Source of the DNA: an uncultured Candidatus Saccharibacteria bacterium
GTDB taxonomy: Bacteria; Patescibacteriota; Doudnabacteria; UBA920
Assembly: GCA_964532005.1 (NCBI GenBank)
Contig: CAZHER010000003.1
Location: forward strand, 21,399 to 85,398
DNA: 64,000 nucleotides
Direction: 5' to 3'
Part shown: piece by piece, positions 8,686-16,134 of the stretch
Numbering within the stretch: the first letter of the stretch is position 1
How the letters are laid out: the number at the start of each line of letters is the position of its first letter
The notes under the pieces: generated by a model
What the model was told of the DNA's origin: nothing
Databases searched by the model: none
The model's input: only the letters and a program-made list of their open reading frames with translations
Made by a program: the position numbers and the translations under genes

Positions 8686-10083
8686 ATGATGCATAAAATA
8701 ACAATATTATTATTCTCAGCGTTTATGTTTATAGGGCTCGGATTATCCCCGGTCACTGCGCTGGCCCAAGCCCCAGGTAGCCAGGGGCTGGTTCCTTGCG
8801 GTAGTTTTTCTGACAATCCCTGCCAGTTGGTAGATCTTTTCAATTTAGTCATAACTATTACCAACTTCTTAATCGGCATGGGTGGCATCGTAGCAGTGGT
8901 GGTGATAATTTATGCAGGTTGGTCTCTTGTACTTGCAGCGGGAAATGTTGAAGCTGTTACCGTGGCAAAAAAATTACTTGTTAATGCTTTTATCGGGTTC
9001 TTTTTTGTAATGATTGCTTTCGCCGGAGCTAATTTTCTCATTTTTGGAGCTCGCGGCTTTATAGTCGGCGAGCCAACCCAAGGCGGAACCCCAGTAGGTA
9101 TTTTTGTTTGCCCAATAGATTACTTGCTCGGTTATGCTGAGTGTGGCAATTCAGGTGGCGGGGGAGGTAATACAACTAACAACACCCCTGCAAATACACC
9201 TACCAATAATACAAATACCCCTACGAACACTCCCAATTTACCTTTTCAAATCCCTCCAGGCAGAGGAATAGGTGAAACAGCAATGTCATTAGAAGTCATT
9301 CCTAAAGAGAGAGATTCATGTCCAATAGGTCAAACTGCTTGGGTAGAAAATTTTTTTTTGATCAAAACAGCTTTCGCTCAAACACCACCATCTGACTGTG
9401 GGAGTGTTGCCGACGGATATTTAGCCGGTCCAAGGCATGATACTTTTCCTGATGATGTCATAATCCAACAAGATCTTAACATTCAGTTAGGGAGCCCTCG
9501 AAATAAAACTTGCAGTTCGGTATCGCGCGCTGGTTGTGGCATGATTTCAATGATCCACGCAATAAAGTTTATGCAGAAAAAGGGATATGTTTACGCAGGA
9601 TCTTGGACAAATGCATGGCACAATGAAGGCAACTTAAATCCTATATCTCGAATCACTGATCCAACTTGGTGGCCAAGGATATACCAAAATAACACAGGCT
9701 ATTTTACTTGTGCAAACAATGGAGCTGTTTATCATAGTGCTCCATCAGATATAATGAAAGATGGACAAATACTTAGAAATGTAACAGCATACCAGTCTAC
9801 TGCTTCTGGTGGTCCTGCTTTATTGGAACAAGTAAAGTTAGCTCTAGAAAGAAATGGGGTAGCAATAGCTCTTGTAAAAGGACCCCCGTTTAATACAGGA
9901 AATGCTGGGAATCATTTTATTCTTATATACAGACAATACTATGCTCAGTCAGATAATAATAAATTGTGGTTTGCTGTTGCCGATTCAAACAAGTATGCTC
10001 AAATTGGTCAGGTAAGATATGATGTTTTACAGAATCATCTTACTGGAGTAACAGTTATTTACCCTACAAGCTCGACTCCTTAG
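8686..10083 (+). CDS. Divergent CPR-type pilin fused to a C39-like cysteine peptidase domain
   Basis: Likely start at ATG 8686 or 8689; signal ALA-Q; GLVPCG...C pilin N-terminus and TM hairpin; N/T/P linker; AGCG, NHFILI and VADS triad candidates. Confidence 0.78.
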   Translation: MMHKITILLFSAFMFIGLGLSPVTALAQAPGSQGLVPCGSFSDNPCQLVDLFNLVITITNFLIGMGGIVAVVVIIYAGWSLVLAAGNVEAVTVAKKLLVNAFIGFFFVMIAFAGANFLIFGARGFIVGEPTQGGTPVGIFVCPIDYLLGYAECGNSGGGGGNTTNNTPANTPTNNTNTPTNTPNLPFQIPPGRGIGETAMSLEVIPKERDSCPIGQTAWVENFFLIKTAFAQTPPSDCGSVADGYLAGPRHDTFPDDVIIQQDLNIQLGSPRNKTCSSVSRAGCGMISMIHAIKFMQKKGYVYAGSWTNAWHNEGNLNPISRITDPTWWPRIYQNNTGYFTCANNGAVYHSAPSDIMKDGQILRNVTAYQSTASGGPALLEQVKLALERNGVAIALVKGPPFNTGNAGNHFILIYRQYYAQSDNNKLWFAVADSNKYAQIGQVRYDVLQNHLTGVTVIYPTSSTP

Positions 10084-10629
10084 TTGAAAATAATAGAAAA
10101 GAGCCTCGAATTTCGTGTTCGAGGCTCTTTTGCTTGTATGGACGATCTTTGATTCTAGCTCGTCCAAAATTTCTTCCAGTCGGTTTTGCCAAAAGCGTTG
10201 GTTTTTTTCGCCTTCGACATGCTGCAGTCGAAATTCGCGAAAATATTTCCGTTCGCCAGCAGGGTCGAGACCGAAATCGACTGTGCCATCTGTCTGATCG
10301 TCGGCGATTACCTCGCCTTCTTTTGTCTCGATTGTCAGAGACGTATCCGAGACTAATGAAAAGGTAACTGTGCCGCCGCTTTTCAGGTGGCACTTTATGC
10401 TTTCCATTTTTTCCCCGTCTTTTTCAATGTCAACAAGGGAGCAGATCCCATCGCTAGGACCCATAAACATTGAAACAACCAGCAGCTTTTCCTGCCGTTG
10501 AACCTTTTGGAGGTTCGCCGGCAGGTCAGGCGTTTTGGTGTTATTTGACGGTCCTCGCTGACCGACTTCTAGACACGCGACCATAATGACGAATACAATC
10601 ATCCATAAGAATTGCCTTAAATTTTGCAT
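10027..10629 (-). CDS. Orphan putative lipoprotein; C-terminus reads through the terminator
   Basis: SD AGGAGG; hydrophobic leader ending VAC (lipobox-like); D.DG.VD motif. The last ~35 codons span the hairpin and overlap the convergent gene. Confidence 0.65.
   Translation of the reverse strand: MQNLRQFLWMIVFVIMVACLEVGQRGPSNNTKTPDLPANLQKVQRQEKLLVVSMFMGPSDGICSLVDIEKDGEKMESIKCHLKSGGTVTFSLVSDTSLTIETKEGEVIADDQTDGTVDFGLDPAGERKYFREFRLQHVEGEKNQRFWQNRLEEILDELESKIVHTSKRASNTKFEALFYYFQLRSRACRVNNCYSSKMIL
10097..10131. terminator. Bidirectional intrinsic terminator
   Basis: AAAAGAGCCTCGAA-tttcgtg-TTCGAGGCTCTTTT perfect inverted repeat between convergent genes. Confidence 0.9.
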
Positions 10630-10716
10630 AAGTCCCTCCTAAAGACTGTTTTGCGGTTTTTTCTTAGGCCTTAGCCTGAAGTTAAGTTTGAGACACTGAT
10701 CCCATCTTAACATATA

Positions 10717-10745
10717 ATTATAGCATATTTTATATATTTTGTCAA
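10717..10745 (-). promoter_or_regulatory. Consensus sigma70 promoter for the 10027-10629 gene
   Basis: TTGACA-17 nt-TATAAT with extended TG on the minus strand. Confidence 0.8.
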
Positions 10746-10798
10746 TAACAGATAAAACCTATAACTATTACCTAAAATAGGGAATAGGGTATATAGCA

Positions 10799-10827
10799 TT
10801 GACATAATAGATTTTTTAATATATAAA
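10799..10827 (+). promoter_or_regulatory. Sigma70 promoter for the D-Ala-D-Ala dipeptidase gene
   Basis: TTGACA-17 nt-TATAAA. Confidence 0.6.
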
Positions 10828-10890
10828 TAAGCACAATCTAGTGCAGCAAAACACCTGCGGGTACAGATAAATTTAAACGAGGAAACAATT

Positions 10891-11595
10891 ATGAAAAAAA
10901 CTTTTCTTATTTTGCTTTTAATCTGTGCCGGAAGTTTTGCAAGTTGCAAAATTGGCACAGTAGAAAACCAACTACCGGCGAGCGGAAGCAATCTACCAAC
11001 AAATTCCCAGAGCGCAACCAATCGCAAGTCCTTGCCTCCCAAACAACCACTATCAACGAAAGCCGATCCAGCTAATCGTTCTCCAATAGATTCAATGGTT
11101 CAGGCAACAGACTTCATTCCGCTTTTACAAGAGGACATGCGTTATGCAACCACCAACAATTTTATGCACCGTAAGTTGTATGACAACCCAAAATGTTTTT
11201 TGCTGAAAGTGGTAGCACAACACCTGAAACAAGCCGATGATTATCTTCAAACCAAGAAGCCGGGCTCTCGGCTCAAAGTTTGGGACTGCTACAGACCAAT
11301 GTTCGTCCAAAAGATGATGTCTGAATCAATTCCGGATAGAAGATATGTTGCAGATCCCAAGCAAGCGAAGCATCCTAAAGGGTTAGCAGTGGACGTTACA
11401 ATCGTGGACAGCTTTGGCAGGGATCTGGAAATGCCAAGCGAGTTTGATGATTTTTCTGCAAGAGCCGCTGCGCGCGGTGCAATGACCAAGGCTGCGGCTG
11501 AAAACCTGAAGTTGCTCCAGCAGGTGATGATGACCGCGAACTTCGTGGGTATTAGTTCTGAGTGGTGGCACTTTGAGTATATTGGTCCGCTTTAA
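10891..11595 (+). CDS. D-alanyl-D-alanine dipeptidase (M15D, VanX/DdpX-like) lipoprotein
   Basis: Lipobox FASC; RYAT.NNF, WDCYRP, H..G.AVD and EWWHF motifs. Confidence 0.92.
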   Translation: MKKTFLILLLICAGSFASCKIGTVENQLPASGSNLPTNSQSATNRKSLPPKQPLSTKADPANRSPIDSMVQATDFIPLLQEDMRYATTNNFMHRKLYDNPKCFLLKVVAQHLKQADDYLQTKKPGSRLKVWDCYRPMFVQKMMSESIPDRRYVADPKQAKHPKGLAVDVTIVDSFGRDLEMPSEFDDFSARAAARGAMTKAAAENLKLLQQVMMTANFVGISSEWWHFEYIGPL

Positions 11596-11898
11596 GTCGT
11601 ACCGTATCAAACAAGCAAATTAGCAAAGGTCCGATCGAAGATTCCGGTATTTCCAATTCTAGGGTACCGGTTTCTTTTTATTTATGACGATCGTCTAGAA
11701 TTAAAATATATAGATAGAATTAGCTATTGCCAAAAAGACAGTATAAATGATAATTTTAGTAATATATTTTTTATAACAATAGTAAAGGAGTCTAGAAATA
11801 GAGAACAGTTATTAGTATTAATTTGTATTGGTTAGCATTTAGAATTTTTTTTTCACAATTAATAGTTAGCTAGTTGTTTAATAAAGTCTCATTATATT

Positions 11899-11926
11899 AT
11901 GTCGTATAACATACATTATCAGACGT
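11899..11926. other. Putative dif-like Xer recombination site (11-6-11)
   Basis: ATGTCGTATAA-CATACA-TTATCAGACGT; arms match 8/11 as an inverted repeat, with the ATAA/TTAT inner boundaries typical of dif; AT-rich intergenic region near the gene-orientation switch. Confidence 0.7.
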
Positions 11927-12001
11927 AAGAAACATTGAGTTTTGTGGGTTTTGGCCTATATTCCCCAGTTTAAATAGGTGGTTCCCTGCTATACTTTAAA
12001 T

Positions 12002-12628
12002 ATGAATTTGCAAAATAGAAATATACGAGTTCTTATTCGCAAATTGGCTCGCAAACCTACACTGGCCGGAGTATTGGTATTGGTTTTGTTGCTTGGCTTA
12101 GTGTGGTGGCAAGGCCAGGGGCCCGTTCCAGATGAAGACGCTCCCCTGCTTGAGGGCCAAGAAAAAAATATTGAAAAAGAATTTGTACAAGATGGTATTT
12201 ATTTTGTAGAAGAAGTCATTGACGGCGACACTATATATATTGAAACAGATGATGGAGATAGTGAAAGCGTGAGGCTTATTGGTATTAATACTCCAGAGAC
12301 AGTTGATCCTAGAACTGAGGTTGAATGTTTTGGTAAGGAGGCTAGTATAAAGACAACTGAGTTGTTGCAAGATCAAGAAGTACGTATTGAATTTGATCCG
12401 GCCAAAGGTGACCGTGACCAATTCGGTAGGTTGTTGCGCTATGTCTTTTTGCCTGGCCAGACAAACCAGTCCGAACAGAACATTAACAAGCTACTCATTG
12501 AACAAGGTTTTGCTTATGAAAATTCTTACGGCGTGCCATACAAATTTGAAAAGGAGTTCAAGCAAGCACAGATTCAAGCAAAAAATTCTCAGGCAGGCTT
12601 ATGGGCACCAGGCGTATGTGCCAAGTAG
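12002..12628 (+). CDS. Thermonuclease (SNase-like), membrane anchored
   Basis: VIDGDT, VRLIGINTPE, D.FGRLLRYV and GLW motifs; likely start ATG 12002. Confidence 0.93.
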   Translation: MNLQNRNIRVLIRKLARKPTLAGVLVLVLLLGLVWWQGQGPVPDEDAPLLEGQEKNIEKEFVQDGIYFVEEVIDGDTIYIETDDGDSESVRLIGINTPETVDPRTEVECFGKEASIKTTELLQDQEVRIEFDPAKGDRDQFGRLLRYVFLPGQTNQSEQNINKLLIEQGFAYENSYGVPYKFEKEFKQAQIQAKNSQAGLWAPGVCAK

Positions 12629-12744
12629 TCTATAAATCAAAATGAGTATAAAAGATGTTAAAAGAAAGAACACTTCGTTGTGCACGATGCACGGTTCAAC
12701 GAAGTGTTCTTGGTTTACAAAAGAAATCTACGCCGCCTCGGTCG

Positions 12745-13344
12745 TTATGCATGGCGGAAATTCTTTCTGAGAACGTCGTAGTAGGCTTCCGTAAGGAGTT
12801 CAAACAGGTTGAACTCCTCATATATTTCGGTGTCCCAAAGCTGTTTGGCGTAGTACACCATGGAGTCCACTAACTCTCCTGAAAAGTAGTCATAAAGCAT
12901 GACATGCAAGACAGTGCAAGACAGGTCGTCTTCGGTCGCTACCCCCAGCACCATCTGCACTTCGTTACCAGAGTCGTAGCCAAAGGCATACTCCGAGTGG
13001 AGCGCTAGTCCGCTGGTGTCTGGTCCAGTAACCCCGGCTTTCAAGTTGCTCTCGGGAATGAGCGACTTGCGGGGTTGGAAGAGCAGCAGCGTTTTACCAT
13101 AACACTTCTTGAACCTGGCAATTTTGCCACCGCCGTTGGGATAGCAAAATGCCCGATCCTCCACCCTCAGCAGCTCGGCAAAAGTTTGATCCAACAGCTC
13201 AGGACTGCTGCCGTATCCCAAGTCCCTCAAAATTGCTGTTAGAGCTTTGGTCGCAAAGCTTATCGCAATTTGTCCGCGCTCCTCCGCTGAATTCCTGCTT
13301 TTAAGCAGTCTTTCCAGCTTATCCTTAATTTCTCTCATACTCAT
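12745..13344 (-). CDS. Orphan hypothetical protein
   Basis: 199-aa ORF, higher GC than neighbours, no recognisable motif. Confidence 0.65.
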   Translation of the reverse strand: MSMREIKDKLERLLKSRNSAEERGQIAISFATKALTAILRDLGYGSSPELLDQTFAELLRVEDRAFCYPNGGGKIARFKKCYGKTLLLFQPRKSLIPESNLKAGVTGPDTSGLALHSEYAFGYDSGNEVQMVLGVATEDDLSCTVLHVMLYDYFSGELVDSMVYYAKQLWDTEIYEEFNLFELLTEAYYDVLRKNFRHA

Positions 13345-13507
13345 TTAATTTTGCCCGTCCTTCTAGGTTTTTTGTTTTAAAAATCAAAACAATATTTAAA
13401 TATGACATGAATAAGCGAAAATTTCAAATTCCTATGAATTTAGTCAAAAACAAAACAACCCCAGTAAAACAGTTTGAGGTTGGATTGTGTGGAAGCTAAT
13501 TTGTTGA

Positions 13508-13972
13508 TTATTTCAATGACAGGATAGTCATTGAATTTTTCGGGCGGTCATCCGAGCTTAGGCGTTGCGGCTCCTGCGCTTGCAGGATACGGTTTTGATT
13601 TAGAGTGTAAGTTAAGGATACTAGTCCAGTTTGAACAGTCCAGTTAGCTGGTTTTTTGGCGGTCAATACTTTCACGAACCTTCCGGCTATCCAAAAACAC
13701 ATTGGTATCCCAGACAGTAACACTCGATCTCCGGTGGCGACAATGTCGTCTCCAAGTAAAATGTTCCATATGGAATAGAACACTGTTGTGGCGGCTCCTA
13801 GATCTCTTATTGGAAGACAAACCTTCCATTTGCATAGAGCTGATAGGAAACCTATCAAAGAAAAAAACGTCAAAATTAGCAGATGCGTTCCTCCTATCAA
13901 TACGGGTTTAGTGGCACCGTAGGCCAAGATAAAAAAACTAGCGTAAAATACGCTAGCGGAATTATGGCACAA
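13508..13972 (-). CDS. Small membrane hypothetical protein, start uncertain (possibly degraded)
   Basis: Several hydrophobic segments; an internal AGGAGG (13890-13895) is followed at 7 nt by an in-frame CTG rather than ATG. Confidence 0.45.
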   Translation of the reverse strand: MCHNSASVFYASFFILAYGATKPVLIGGTHLLILTFFSLIGFLSALCKWKVCLPIRDLGAATTVFYSIWNILLGDDIVATGDRVLLSGIPMCFWIAGRFVKVLTAKKPANWTVQTGLVSLTYTLNQNRILQAQEPQRLSSDDRPKNSMTILSLK

Positions 13973-14014
13973 ACTATGTGGTTTGTGAAGTGTATAAAAT
14001 TGTTATTACCGGCT

Positions 14015-15265
14015 TTAACTTTTGGCTTTATTAAGCTGCTTTATGACAGTAGACAAAGCTTTTACAGTATAGTCTATTTCTTTTTTGGTGTTGTATTTCG
14101 ATAAGGTAATTCTAATGCTGGATAATGCATCCTGCGCAGCTTTACCAAGAGCTAAAATTACATGGGAAGGGTCTGTTGAAGCTGAAGTGCAGGCGCTTCC
14201 CGTTGCAATTGCAACATTGTAACTGTCCATGTAAAACATCAGCATCTCACCTTCAATTCCTTTAATTGAAATATTAATGTTATTGGGCAGTCGTCTTAGT
14301 CCTTGGTTAAACATATTGTTTAGTTTTGTCTTTCTGTCATCTGGTCCATTTATGCTGACTCCCCTAACGGTTTTCAAAATTTGGTTTAGTAGGTAGTCAT
14401 GCAAAGTTTTTATGTTTTTGTTTTGCTTGATGCGGTTTTCTTGGGCCAGCGCAAGAGCTTTAGCCAGTCCAATAAATCCTGCTACATTTTCTGTGCCGCT
14501 TCTAAGATTTCTCTCCTGTCCCCCGCCAAACAATATTGGACGCAAAATAATCCCGGACTTTACATACAAGAACCCGGTTTGCTTGGGAGCATGTATCTTG
14601 CTGCCATTTACCGAAAGCAAATCCACCCCAAGTTTATGAACATTTAAATCTAGACTATTACCAGCCTGGCAAGCATCGCTATGGAATACAATGCTAGGGA
14701 GTTTTGTTGCGATCCTGACTTTGTTTAGTCCAGCAAGCCACTTTCCTATTTCTAGTATTGGCTGAATAGAGCCAACCTCGTTGTTGGCATACATAATAGA
14801 AACAAGAACAGTATTTTTTTTCACAGCTCTTTTTAGTTCATCCAGCTTTATAAACCCATCTTTGTTGACATCTACTAAAGTAATTTGCCACCCTTCTTCT
14901 TTCAGAGCTTCCAAAGAATGCAGTACCGCATGATGTTCTATTGTAGAGGAAATAATATGACCTTTATGTTTGTGATCTAATTCGTATTGCCGTGCAACAC
15001 CAAAAATAGCCAGGTTAATGCTTTCGGTGCCGCCAGCAGTAAAAACTACTTCCTTTGAATTTGCATTTATCGATTCTGCTATGGTTTGGCGCGCCATGTT
15101 TAAGGCGTACGCAGCTTGTTGGCCAGATCTGTATAGGCTGGAAGGATTACCAAATTCTGTCATGTAGTAAGGCTGCATGGCTTTGGCTACTTTTGGGTCA
15201 ATAGCTGTTGTAGCGGCATTATCTAAGTAAATTAGATTTTTAGAAGGTTTTAATTTATTTAACAT
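14015..15265 (-). CDS. iscS: Cysteine desulfurase (IscS/NifS class I)
   Basis: YLDNAATT, GNPSS, EHHAV, NNEVG, RSGTEN and GSAC motifs; likely start ATG 15265. Confidence 0.93.
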   Translation of the reverse strand: MLNKLKPSKNLIYLDNAATTAIDPKVAKAMQPYYMTEFGNPSSLYRSGQQAAYALNMARQTIAESINANSKEVVFTAGGTESINLAIFGVARQYELDHKHKGHIISSTIEHHAVLHSLEALKEEGWQITLVDVNKDGFIKLDELKRAVKKNTVLVSIMYANNEVGSIQPILEIGKWLAGLNKVRIATKLPSIVFHSDACQAGNSLDLNVHKLGVDLLSVNGSKIHAPKQTGFLYVKSGIILRPILFGGGQERNLRSGTENVAGFIGLAKALALAQENRIKQNKNIKTLHDYLLNQILKTVRGVSINGPDDRKTKLNNMFNQGLRRLPNNINISIKGIEGEMLMFYMDSYNVAIATGSACTSASTDPSHVILALGKAAQDALSSIRITLSKYNTKKEIDYTVKALSTVIKQLNKAKS

Positions 15266-15457
15266 ATAAATAATGGTAGCAAAAACCAAGCTACTTGGCT
15301 AAATTTAGACAAAAGAAAAGAGAGGAAAAGTCTTCTTTTCAAGAGTGCTCTGAAATCTTGCGGTGAGCAAACCTGAAAATAAACTTTTCCCCTCGCGTGG
15401 CGGGCAACCTTACCTCCTAAACTTCAGGAGAAGTGCCCGTGCCCGGCTTGTCCGCCG

Positions 15458-15565
15458 CTATCCGTTGCGGTTGCCGGAGTCGCTGTTCGCGCCCGCGTCG
15501 CCGATCTTCTTGGTCATAGTCATATTCAAAAGCGCCGGCGGCGATGCGAAAATTTTTCGTTTCAT
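15458..15565 (-). pseudogene. 35-codon mini-ORF, probable remnant of a secreted protein gene
   Basis: AGGAGG SD then MKRKIFASPPALL... in a GC-rich patch; the first 7 aa match the lipoprotein starting at 32128. Confidence 0.4.
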
Positions 15566-15765
15566 TGTTTTTTCCTCCTGCTTTTTGGGCAGATTTTGGG
15601 GCAGACCGACTCGGTTGGTAGCCCCTTGCCTTTGGAAATGGGACAAACTGCGTCCCGTTTTTTACTCCCACGTACTACAAGGAGTTTACGTATTATAAGT
15701 AGGGTTTTTGTCAAGACCATAGCCTTTTTTATATCAAAAATCCTTATAAATAAAGCAAAATAAAT

Positions 15766-16134
15766 TTATTTGTTGCTGGCTGCAAATTCAGCTGCCACAG
15801 CATCCTCTTCAGTAGCAAAACATTGTTCGGGTTTAACTTGGGCATAACCGCGGTCAGTTGGCAGATAATATTTCTTCTCATTTTTAGCATCAATATTGCC
15901 CTTAATTGGGCAGTTGGGATCCCCCTTTTTTTGTGAGGTTGGTTTGGGCGTGCTGGAAGTGGTATAATTTATAGGCGGAGTTCCACTTTTGGGACCATTT
16001 TTATAAAGAGGCAAATTACTAGACTTGCCGGTGCCGTAGCCAACTCCAAAAATTACGATGCCGCAGAATATTAATAGAAACCTGCGCTTGTTTTCTGAAA
16101 AAAATGTTTTTATTTTTTGATACAAAACTGTCAT
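15766..16134 (-). CDS. Membrane-anchored protein with a CPIKGNI (Ada metal-binding-like) domain
   Basis: TM helix, then CPIKGNI...YYLP...CF.TEEDA.AA.F, a domain often appended to secreted nucleases. Confidence 0.75.
   Translation of the reverse strand: MTVLYQKIKTFFSENKRRFLLIFCGIVIFGVGYGTGKSSNLPLYKNGPKSGTPPINYTTSSTPKPTSQKKGDPNCPIKGNIDAKNEKKYYLPTDRGYAQVKPEQCFATEEDAVAAEFAASNK

Noticed and set aside
10891-11595. Vancomycin resistance locus
   Set aside because: No vanH, vanA/B or vanRS nearby; a lone M15D peptidase is common.
11785-11832. SD-like AAGGAG followed by a short hydrophobic LLVLICIG frame (possible gene relic)
   Set aside because: No start codon, very short and AT-rich; could be chance.
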